Assembly (NCBI GenBank): GCA_044070495.1
Contig: JBIPSI010000037.1
Coordinates: 1-48,700 of the forward strand
Reading direction: 5' to 3'
Origin: Spirulina sp.
Lineage (GTDB): Bacteria > Cyanobacteriota > Cyanobacteriia > Phormidesmidales > Phormidesmidaceae
DNA length: 48,700 nucleotides
The notes under the pieces were generated by a model. That model was not told the DNA's origin and made no database searches. It worked only from the letters and a program-made list of their open reading frames with translations. A program made the translations under genes and the position numbers. Positions 27,386 to 35,932 of the stretch are shown here, piece after piece; the first letter of the stretch is position 1; the number at the start of each line of letters is the position of its first letter.

Positions 27386-28200
27386 ATGTCCTCAATATTA
27401 GACTTGAGTGTTTTTTTTTAGGTTGGATTGGGCTATGGGTTCCCGTTGCCTTGGCCGTAGCCCGGTTCGCCAAAATTCCCTGGCGTTATCCTGTCGCCCC
27501 AGACCATAAGCTACCGCTCTTACTGCCGCTCTATCTCTTGGCCCCCGTCGCCGTTGAACTCTACCGTCGCTACGGCAACGGTGATGCCTGGGCCAGCTAT
27601 GGCGTGGTGTGGCAAGCCAGCACCTTCCGATCCCTAGCGGTGGGGGTTGGGGTAGCTATCTTGGGCGTTGGTCTTTTGGTGGTTAGCCAACTGCTCCTGG
27701 GATGGCGACAATGGCGGCCCCGCACCGATGGGCCAGATCAGCCCCCGGCCCCCTCCCCTTTGCTTTTCCTCGCCCTGCCGCTCCTCACCCTATTCATTGG
27801 CTGGGTGGAGGAACTGATCTTTCGAGGGGTTTTGGTGAATGGTCTGATCTCGGTGCTGCCTTGGGTGGGGGTGGCGATTCTGGCTAGCGCTATTTTTGCG
27901 GTGTCGCACCTGGTGTGGGATGGCCCCGGCGGCATCCCCTCCTTACCAGGACTGGCCCTGATGGGTGCTGTGCTGTTGCTGGCCCGGTGGGTTACGGCTG
28001 GCGACCTCAGCTTGGCCTGGGGTCTACACACGGGCTGGATCTTCGCCATCGCCCTGATCGATACCCTACATCTCACCCAGCCCGCCCCCACTGCCCCAGG
28101 GCTGGCGGGTCAGCCCGATCAACCCCTAACGGGCCTCCCTGCCTTAGGATTAATGGTATTGACGGGCCTTGGCCTATGGGGCTATACCCTCTGGCGGTAA
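27386..28200 (+). CDS. CPBP/Abi (CAAX-type) intramembrane protease; 5' end frameshifted in a T9 run
   Basis: EELIFRG, FAVSH, GLHTGW motifs in frame 27451..28200; ATG 27386 joins this frame only with one extra T. Confidence 0.82.
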
Positions 28201-28279
28201 TCGTCTAGAGGCGATCCCATTGCCCCTTTCCACAGATGACTTTATTTCCCCTCTCCCAACTACGCCTTCACAGTTCCCC

Positions 28280-29269
28280 ATGCCAGCTTACTTTTTCTGG
28301 GGCGACGACGACTTTCAACTGCAAGCGGCGGTGCACACCCTGCGTCAGCAAACTCTGGATGAAGCCTGGGCCAGCTTTAACTACGAGGTGATTCCGCCCT
28401 CGCTCGCCAATGGCCCCATCCATGCCCTCAACCAGGCGATGACACCGCCCTTTGGCCTGGGCAAACGGCTTGTGTGGCTGCAAAATACCACCCTAGGCCA
28501 GCGCTGTCCCGAAGACTGGCTTGCCGAACTAGAGCGCACCTTACCCAACCTGCCCAGCGATTCGGTGCTGTTGCTGACCAGTGCCAGCAAACCCGATGGT
28601 CGGTCTAAGTTTTATAAGCTGTTCAAAAAACACGGTGAAATTCGAGAGTTTGCGGTGATTCCGCCCTGGAAAACCGATTTAATTCGTCAGCAAGTAGAAA
28701 CTATCGCCCAGGCTAGATCCCTCAAGCTAGCCCCTAAAACCGTTGATTTGCTGGCGGAGGCCGTAGGCAATGACACGCGCCAACTCCACCTCGAACTCGA
28801 AAAACTTTCCCTTTTTTGGAATGATCCCCATCGGCCCATCCCCCCTGAAGCCGCCGTCGCCCTGGTAACGGTCTCCACCCAAAACAGCTTGAAATTGGCC
28901 CAGGCTGCCAAGCAGGGCGATACGCCAACGGCCCTGGGCTTAGTGGACGATCTGCTGAATCGCAACGAACCGGCGCTGCGCGTCGTGGCGACCCTAGTCA
29001 GCCAGTTTCGGCTGTGGCTGTGGCTGAAGGTGATGGAGGCGGAGCGCATCACCAGCGACGCGGAGATTGCCGCCGCTGCGGAAATTACGAACCCTAAACG
29101 TATCTATTTTTTGCGTCAGGAGATTCGAGGGATTACCCTCGCCCAGTTGCAACGGAGCTTGCCTTTGCTACTAGAATTAGAGTCTGAATTAAAACTCGGT
29201 CGCGATGAACGGGCTACCTTACATACCAAAGTGATTGAACTATGCCGAATTTTTCAACCGATTAACTAG
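28280..29269 (+). CDS. holA: DNA polymerase III subunit delta
   Basis: YFFWGDDDF, AMTPPFG.GKRLV, KPDGRSK, AVGNDTRQLHLELEKL, NEPALR. Confidence 0.92.
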   Translation: MPAYFFWGDDDFQLQAAVHTLRQQTLDEAWASFNYEVIPPSLANGPIHALNQAMTPPFGLGKRLVWLQNTTLGQRCPEDWLAELERTLPNLPSDSVLLLTSASKPDGRSKFYKLFKKHGEIREFAVIPPWKTDLIRQQVETIAQARSLKLAPKTVDLLAEAVGNDTRQLHLELEKLSLFWNDPHRPIPPEAAVALVTVSTQNSLKLAQAAKQGDTPTALGLVDDLLNRNEPALRVVATLVSQFRLWLWLKVMEAERITSDAEIAAAAEITNPKRIYFLRQEIRGITLAQLQRSLPLLLELESELKLGRDERATLHTKVIELCRIFQPIN

Positions 29270-29446
29270 CGTTACCGCAGGGGAACTTAACGGCATGACT
29301 GCCATTCAAAGCAGGAAGGGTGGCCTAGGATAGCGATAATGGCGCGTAGCCCGCCCGCAAGCCTCAGCCCATATTCGCCATTAGGTTGTCTACCTTACCC
29401 TCAACGTATCCATCTTGTTCGAGAAAGTTCGGTGTTAGCCATAGCT

Positions 29447-30001
29447 ATGAACATGTCCACATCCCTTTCCATCACTATTGCCCAGTGGGGGCGATCCCTG
29501 CTCGTATCTAGCCTGTTGGCTAGCGCCACCCTGATGGCCAGCACGGTTCCCCTTTCCTTCCCTGGGACGGGTATGATCTCATCAGTACATTGGGGGGCAG
29601 CGGCTTGGGCCCAAGATATCAACGTATCCCCCGAAGAGATCATGGGCTATGCCCGATCCGTCCTGGAAATGGAAGGGCCGCGCACAGAAGCCTATAACGA
29701 CATTCAGGCGCTCCTGGCGGGCACGAATGTCAACATCAACAGCATTAGCCTGCGCTGCACCGCCACCAATAGCCTCAACCAACTCCCCCGCAATCTTCGC
29801 AATGACGTGCGCACCATTGTGGTGAACTACTGCAACCAGGCCAGCCAGATTGTGCAAGCCAATGGCCTGCGAAATGAGCGCTTTGATGCCATTACCGCCG
29901 CCTATCCCCAAGACGCAACCCTGGCGGAACAAATTCGGGCCGCCCTGATGCAGATTCAGCAGCAGTCCCAGTCCAGCCCCGCCTCCGACGAGTCTCCCTA
30001 A
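29447..30001 (+). CDS. Exported DUF4168-like protein
   Basis: Signal-like N-terminus ending AAAWAQ; EEIMGYARSVLEME..NYCNQASQIVQANGL..RF..IT. Confidence 0.72.
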   Translation: MNMSTSLSITIAQWGRSLLVSSLLASATLMASTVPLSFPGTGMISSVHWGAAAWAQDINVSPEEIMGYARSVLEMEGPRTEAYNDIQALLAGTNVNINSISLRCTATNSLNQLPRNLRNDVRTIVVNYCNQASQIVQANGLRNERFDAITAAYPQDATLAEQIRAALMQIQQQSQSSPASDESP

Positions 30002-30140
30002 TTCAATGGTTCGTAGCCCTAGAAGGCCCTGCTATCCCGATGTCGCGGGGCGCTTCATCCCTCTGTTAACGGCTGGGTAAACGGCCTTTCTCTAGCCCCC
30101 ATTGCCTCAATCAAGTTTCCCCCATCATCCCCCTGACCCA

Positions 30141-31130
30141 ATGCAATTTATCGATCAAGCTGAGGTAGACGTCATTGCCGGAAAAGGTGGCGATGGTATT
30201 GTGGCGTTTCGCCGCGAAAAGTATGTGCCTGCGGGAGGGCCATCGGGGGGCAACGGCGGTAACGGCGGGTCGATCCTCCTCAAGGCGACGGAACAGTTAC
30301 AAACCCTCCTAGATTTTCGCTATGCCCACCAGTTCAAGGCAGAAGACGGCCAGCGGGGCGGCCCCAAAAACATGACCGGAGCCTGTGGACACGATCTGAT
30401 GCTGGAGGTTCCCTGCGGCACCATGGTCTACGATGCCGACACCGACGAAATCTTGGGGGACTTGGTGGATCCTGGCCAAATCCTCTGTGTGGCCAAGGGC
30501 GGCAAGGGGGGCTTGGGTAACCGTCACTTTCTCAGCAACCGTCAACGCGCCCCGGAACATTCCCTGCCTGGACTTCCTGGCGAAGAACGACGATTGCGGC
30601 TAGAACTGAAGCTGCTGGCGGAGGTGGGTATTATTGGCCTGCCCAATGCCGGAAAGTCTACGCTGATTGCATCCCTCTCGGCGGCGCGGCCCAAAATTGC
30701 CGACTATCCCTTCACCACCCTGATTCCAAACCTGGGTGTGGTGCGGCGGCCCACGGGCGATGGCACCGTCTTTGCCGATATTCCGGGTTTAATCGAAGGA
30801 GCCCACCAGGGGCTGGGCCTTGGCCATGAGTTTCTGCGCCACATCGAGCGCACTCGGCTGCTGCTGCATCTCGTCGATGCCACCGCCGAAGATCCGATCC
30901 ACCATTACCACACCATCCAGCAGGAACTGATCGCCTACGGCCACGGTTTAGTGGATCGGCCTCAAATCGTCGCCCTCAACAAAATTGATGCCCTCGACGA
31001 GGCCACCCTAGATGCCCTTGTGCAGCAGTTTGAAACCGAACTCAATCACTCCATCCACTGCATTTCCGCCGTCAGTGGGGTCGGTACCCAACCCCTGCTG
31101 CAACAGGTTTGGCTCACGCTGGGTGTCTAG
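30141..31130 (+). CDS. obgE: GTPase ObgE/CgtA
   Basis: [43 protein letters not shown]. Confidence 0.97.
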   Translation: MQFIDQAEVDVIAGKGGDGIVAFRREKYVPAGGPSGGNGGNGGSILLKATEQLQTLLDFRYAHQFKAEDGQRGGPKNMTGACGHDLMLEVPCGTMVYDADTDEILGDLVDPGQILCVAKGGKGGLGNRHFLSNRQRAPEHSLPGLPGEERRLRLELKLLAEVGIIGLPNAGKSTLIASLSAARPKIADYPFTTLIPNLGVVRRPTGDGTVFADIPGLIEGAHQGLGLGHEFLRHIERTRLLLHLVDATAEDPIHHYHTIQQELIAYGHGLVDRPQIVALNKIDALDEATLDALVQQFETELNHSIHCISAVSGVGTQPLLQQVWLTLGV

Positions 31131-31166
31131 CTAGCCCTTGGGGGGAGAACCCGCTGTCCAAGGGCT

Positions 31167-31215
31167 GTCAGATTAAGGGGCGTTAGATAAGGGGCGTCAG
31201 ATAAGGGGCGTCAGA
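31167..31215. repeat. Short tandem repeat, about 14-bp unit x3.5
   Basis: gtcagattaaggggc gttagataaggggc gtcagataaggggc gtcaga between convergent genes. Confidence 0.85.
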
Positions 31216-31723
31216 CTAACGAGCCTGACAGGTCGCCAGCACATCACGGTCAAGGGCGGAGAGGTGGGCGATGGGGCTCATGCCTTCCAGGTTGGGCAGC
31301 ACCGCCCCACCGTTGAGGCCAGCCACCGTAGTTTCACCGGGCATGAGCGCTACACTATGGGGCCACTCCGTTTGGTCGTAGGCATCAACGATGGTCAGTT
31401 CTAGGGCGTCGGGGGTCACGGTGCCATGCACACAATCGTAGGACGAGGACACCTGATAGACCGCCCCCGTCAGGTCGGTGCCCGATACCTCAAACACAAA
31501 GTAGGTGGCTCCCACCGTTGCCGCAATGGGAGACTCGCCATAGAGATAGGTGCCATTGGCTAGGCCAGGAACTTGGCTGGAGGCCTCTTGGCTGGCCATG
31601 GCCCAAAGGCCCACTACGGCGGCAAGGGCAGTGGCGATGCGAGCCAGATTCGTTTGGGTTGACGACTGCCGAGGGGCAGCTACACCGTGGTCGGAAATGG
31701 GGGGAAAGAGCAGGGCAGCCATG
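31216..31723 (-). CDS. Hypothetical exported protein
   Basis: Hydrophobic signal, then NGTYLYGES..GATYFVFEV..GAVYQ.SS.YDC.HG; start uncertain. Confidence 0.7.
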
Positions 31724-31792
31724 GCAGGAGGATAGGTCTCAATGGCTTTACTATCCTGCAAAGGGGCGGCAAGGGCAGTGATACCCTCCCAC

Positions 31793-31861
31793 AAAAAACG
31801 TGATTTCAGTCAACGAAGGGTGTGACTGAAATCACGCTGGGGTGGAGTATTAAGAAGTGTT
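31793..31861 (-). ncRNA. Candidate about 70-nt small RNA
   Basis: TATAAT at 31873-31868, CU-rich leader, perfect 14-bp stem (31799-31836) and U6 tail. Confidence 0.5.
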
Positions 31862-31931
31862 TCGACTATTATAGCCAAACCTGGCAATGGTGGGGCTATT
31901 TGGTCTAAGTTCGCCCCCAAGAACGGCGGCT

Positions 31932-32020
31932 CTATCCGACGGACTCAACGGCTAAAAGCCTTGATATATAGCAGGTTGGGTGGCGCGATAGCAAATCCCA
32001 ACAAGACCGATATCTTCGGC
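31932..32020. mobile_element. Degenerate left half of MITE family 2
   Basis: ctatccgacggactcaacggctaaaagccttga..aggttgggtggcgcgatagca.a.cccaacaag aligns with 10576-10650. Confidence 0.65.
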
Positions 32021-32029
32021 TAGCCCGCA

Positions 32030-33445
32030 TTACAGATCGGCCATGGGCGGGCGATGGTGGTGCCAGGGGTAGGCCGATTCGATTTGGTGGGCCAGGGCAA
32101 ACAGGGTGGCTTCGGCGGCAGGACGCCCGACGAGTTGCACCCCCACGGGCAACCCCAGGGGTGAGAAGCCCGTGGGAATGGCCAGGGCCGGTTGTCCACT
32201 GGCATTAAAGGGCGGACAGGGGGCCACCCAGTTGATTACGTTGGCTAAAATTTGGGGTGACTTGAGGGATTGCCACGCCCCCACGGGGATGGTTTGGTGC
32301 ATGTAGACCGGCAGGATGAGGACATCGTAGGGGGCGCAGAAGCGGACAATGTCGCGGGCCACCTGTTGGAGCTTGGCCACCGCCCGCAGATAGGCTCCAC
32401 TGTTAATGCGCCAGGCGCGCCAGTAGAGCCAGCGGTTCATTTTTTCGAGGACCACCCAGGGAATCCCGGCCTCGGCCAGCACGCACTGCCACACCACCGT
32501 AAAGGGTTCGATTAGGTCTTCCAGGCTCGGAAAGGTAACCTCCTCGGCGGTGTGGCCCAGTTCCTCCACCCGCTGCACCGTTTCGTAGACCGCCTGCCGA
32601 CAGACCGCATCGGCCTCACCAATGGGGTCTAACCGAGTTGCATAGCCAATCCGCAGGGGTGGTGGCGGAGTGACCAGTCCCTTGAGAAAGCTAGGGTCAG
32701 GGTCGGGTAGCCAGTAGGGATCCCCCAATTCGTAGCCGCTGAGGGCATCGAGCAACGCGGCGGCATCGGTGGTGGTGCGCCCCAGGGGGCCGTTGATCGC
32801 TAATCCATTCAGCCGCTCCCCCACCGGAGAAAAGCTCACGCGCCCCCGCGCCGCCTTCATGGCCACCAACCCACAGCAGAAGGCTGGCCCCCGCAGGGAA
32901 CCGCCGCCATCAGACCCCTGGCTGAGGGCGCACAGCCCCGCCGCCAAGGCCGCAGCGCCGCCACCACTGGATCCCCCAGGGGTATAGTCCAGATGCCAAG
33001 GATTGCGGGCGGGGGAAAAGCCGGGAGGTTCCGTGTAGGGCAGCGATCCCATCTGGGAGGTGGCGGTTTTGCCTAAAATCACCATCCCCGCCTGCCGCAG
33101 CTTGGTGACAATATAGTCGTCTTGGCTGGCAATGCGGTCGCAGGCTGCCTTGATGCCGTAGGCGCACGGTGCTCCCGCCACTGGGTTGAGGTCTTTCACG
33201 GACACCGACACCCCAAACAGGGGCGGCAGGTCAGCGGGGTCGGTGGTCATCACCCGATCGGTTTTGGCCTTAGCATCGGCTAGGGCAGCGTCGGCCATCA
33301 CCGTGACGTAGGCCCCAAGTTGTGGGTTTAACCGTTCAATGCGCTCCAGGTAAAGCTCCACCAGTTCCAGGGGCGATACCTGGCGCTGACGAATTAGATC
33401 GGCCTGAGCCGTGGCAGGCAAAAACGCAAGATCAATGGAGTTCAT
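32030..33445 (-). CDS. Amidase signature family enzyme
   Basis: VSVKDL, GKTATS, GGSSGG, GSDGGGSLRGPA. Confidence 0.92.
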   Translation of the reverse strand: MNSIDLAFLPATAQADLIRQRQVSPLELVELYLERIERLNPQLGAYVTVMADAALADAKAKTDRVMTTDPADLPPLFGVSVSVKDLNPVAGAPCAYGIKAACDRIASQDDYIVTKLRQAGMVILGKTATSQMGSLPYTEPPGFSPARNPWHLDYTPGGSSGGGAAALAAGLCALSQGSDGGGSLRGPAFCCGLVAMKAARGRVSFSPVGERLNGLAINGPLGRTTTDAAALLDALSGYELGDPYWLPDPDPSFLKGLVTPPPPLRIGYATRLDPIGEADAVCRQAVYETVQRVEELGHTAEEVTFPSLEDLIEPFTVVWQCVLAEAGIPWVVLEKMNRWLYWRAWRINSGAYLRAVAKLQQVARDIVRFCAPYDVLILPVYMHQTIPVGAWQSLKSPQILANVINWVAPCPPFNASGQPALAIPTGFSPLGLPVGVQLVGRPAAEATLFALAHQIESAYPWHHHRPPMADL

Positions 33446-33522
33446 AGACGACCATGTCGGGAAGTAGAGGCCACGATTAGGCGAGACCCAGGCCCGCGCC
33501 TGCTGCCTATCCTACAACTCCC

Positions 33523-34650
33523 CTATAGCGGTAGCGCCGCCTCTTCCCAGGCTTGGGGGTCGTCGGGGGCCAAAATGGTCGCCTCGTAGGGAATGACCCC
33601 CACCTGAACACTGTCTAAACAACGGGCCGCCGCATAGGACAAATCCAGGGATCGATCCCCCACGTAGGGGCCACGATCATTGATGCGAACCACCACAGTT
33701 TTGCCGTTCAGGAGATTACGCACCTCTAGGTAGGTATTGAAGGGCAGGGTTTTGTGGGCGGCGGTGAGTGCTTCCTGATCAAAGACCTCCCCCGTGGCGG
33801 TTTGACGACCATGGAAGTATGGCCCATACCAGGAGGCCGTACCCTGAAACCGATTGGAGGTATGGTCTAGTCCGTAGGTTACCCGCTGTACTTGCCCGGG
33901 GTTGAGGGGCTCAGCCCCTAGCGCTAACCGCAGATTATTCACCCATTGGGCCGTGGTTATGGCTAGCGAATCATCGGGATCGATGCCCCCCGTGGGTAGG
34001 GAAAAAATGGTTTCATTCTGAAGCTGCCCAAGGCCCATGTCCCCCTCCACCGTGGGTGTGAGATCCTGGGGGCGTTGGGTTAACATAGGCATCGCCTCCC
34101 GTAGATCCACCGCAACCTGATCCGCCACCGCCGCCGAAGAAACCTGGCCAACGGCCACCCCTTTGACCCGAATCACAAAGTCAGTCCGCTTCTGACCCTC
34201 GCCACTGGGCTGCACCTCGGATTGGGTTTTGACAGCGGGTGCAAGGGCTGACGAAGCTAGGCGAAAGGACTTAGCCTCTAGGCGCGGAGGATGGGCCGCC
34301 GGACAAGTGGCGGAGGTCAGGGTTTTGGGTTGTAGATCTGGATCGGTAGAAGCCGTTGCTTCTAGGGCCGTTGTGGTCACCACCGTCACCGCCGCCGTAT
34401 TCGTCCACCGCTGCCAGTCCACCGCTATCGACAAATCCTGCATGGCCTGGGAGGCCAAGGTTTGCAGGGGCATAAGAGGCCCAGGATCCAAGTCTGAAGC
34501 CAACGCCGCTGGAGCCGAGGAGGGCTGAGCCCCAATCTGGGATTGCTCCACCTGGGGTGCTTCTTCCAGAGGATCAATGGCGACAGGATGGGGGAGATAT
34601 CCCAAGGGGGAGGGTAGATGCGCTACCCATAGAATTCCAAGTAAGGTCAT
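33523..34650 (-). CDS. rlpA: RlpA family septal lytic transglycosylase
   Basis: GTASWYGPYFHGRQTATGE, TAAHKTLPF, VRINDRGPY, DLSYAAA; start uncertain. Confidence 0.88.
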   Translation of the reverse strand: MTLLGILWVAHLPSPLGYLPHPVAIDPLEEAPQVEQSQIGAQPSSAPAALASDLDPGPLMPLQTLASQAMQDLSIAVDWQRWTNTAAVTVVTTTALEATASTDPDLQPKTLTSATCPAAHPPRLEAKSFRLASSALAPAVKTQSEVQPSGEGQKRTDFVIRVKGVAVGQVSSAAVADQVAVDLREAMPMLTQRPQDLTPTVEGDMGLGQLQNETIFSLPTGGIDPDDSLAITTAQWVNNLRLALGAEPLNPGQVQRVTYGLDHTSNRFQGTASWYGPYFHGRQTATGEVFDQEALTAAHKTLPFNTYLEVRNLLNGKTVVVRINDRGPYVGDRSLDLSYAAARCLDSVQVGVIPYEATILAPDDPQAWEEAALPL

Positions 34651-34970
34651 TGACGCGTGTGCTGAGTTCAACGCCCAGACCACCCACTAGCCATTGCCCT
34701 AGGGAAATGGCTAGTGGCAAGCTTGTGCTCTGCGCTGCAATGCTAATGAAGGATATAACGGACTGCGCTTGCCCAATCCGTTGCTACTTTGGGTCACTTC
34801 ATTAACGGTATGTTTGTGCTCTAGCCCTTCACAGTACCACTAGTCACTTGGTATCGGCAATGACATTTTTTGAGGCCTAATCAGGCTATGGGAAAAACCC
34901 TATTGCAGCCTCAGGAAACGATACTCCATCCGAATCCTGTACCCCTGAATCCCAGCTCATTCAACCGTAG

Positions 34971-34993
34971 GTAGGGGCGAGGGCTGCTCGCCC
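34971..34993 (+). repeat. GTAG-type REP-like palindrome
   Basis: gtaggggcgagggctgctcgccc. Confidence 0.65.
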
Positions 34994-35130
34994 GCCAAAC
35001 CGGAGGGAATTAACCAGGCCTTGCTCTAAAAATAGATTTTTATCCTTGGGGTGTCGCGCCAGCGGCATGGACGAGTGGTATGAGCTTGGGACGAGGCCAC
35101 AGGGAGAAACGCCCATTAGGTCTTTGCGAC

Positions 35131-35194
35131 CTAGAAACTAAGACGCCGAGGAACCAAGACCCCAGGACAACAAGACCCCAGGACAACAAAACAA
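35131..35194. repeat. Degenerate octamer tandem repeat
   Basis: caagaccc caggacaa caagaccc caggacaa flanked by decayed 8-mers. Confidence 0.6.
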
Positions 35195-35518
35195 GTAGCA
35201 GCCCCGCCATATTGACGCCAACAGAGGGGTCAGACGGGGCTGGAGACGCAGTTAGGAGGTATCTTGGCTTTCAGCATATCGGCCATCTAGGTGTTTGAGC
35301 AGAGCCTTAATAAGTTTTTAAGGTCTCCGGTTTCAGGGCTCTGGGCAAAAGGGACTTTATGGGCCTGTAAAGCTTGCGTGAATTCCCAAAAACGATGTGC
35401 TTTAGAGAACTCAACTAGTGAAGGTTAGAATTAGTCCCCCAGGCGAGTCACCGCTTCTGTGACGCTCATCTTGCCTCGGGCGGATGTCCCTTCGCTAGGG
35501 CATATAGCCCGTTTTGAG

Positions 35519-35719
35519 ATGAAAGCTACGCTGATTCGTCTTTTCCTTGTGCCCAGTGGCATCGTCAGCGTCATCGGTTTTTGTGTGTTGATTTTGATAC
35601 TCGTTCATGCGCCCTTGCCCACAGCCCATCCCACCAGCCAGGGAGATCGAGATGAGTTTCCCCTTCAGCGGCGGGGGGGTGGCACCCACTGGACTATGGC
35701 CCCAGGGGATGTGGCTTAA
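35519..35719 (+). CDS. 66-aa signal-anchored peptide with FPLQRRGGGTHW motif
   Basis: MK plus hydrophobic stretch then short polar tail; upstream of and co-oriented with the CHASE2 gene. Confidence 0.6.
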   Translation: MKATLIRLFLVPSGIVSVIGFCVLILILVHAPLPTAHPTSQGDRDEFPLQRRGGGTHWTMAPGDVA

Positions 35720-35932
35720 TGGTGCCAGAGGTTAATAGGGTGCCCCGGTAAAGGCGATCAGCGGGCTGAGGAAGAGTGCCTTGAACCTCTGGCCCTCCGC
35801 AATCGCGATTTACCGTACTACCCTCCGGAAATGCTCTCATCTCGCTCGTATAACGCAGTACTCAGGGATTTGAGACAGGGACTTTGAGCTGCCCCCTATC
35901 CCCTCAATGTCTACCGATCTATTCCACCCCCT

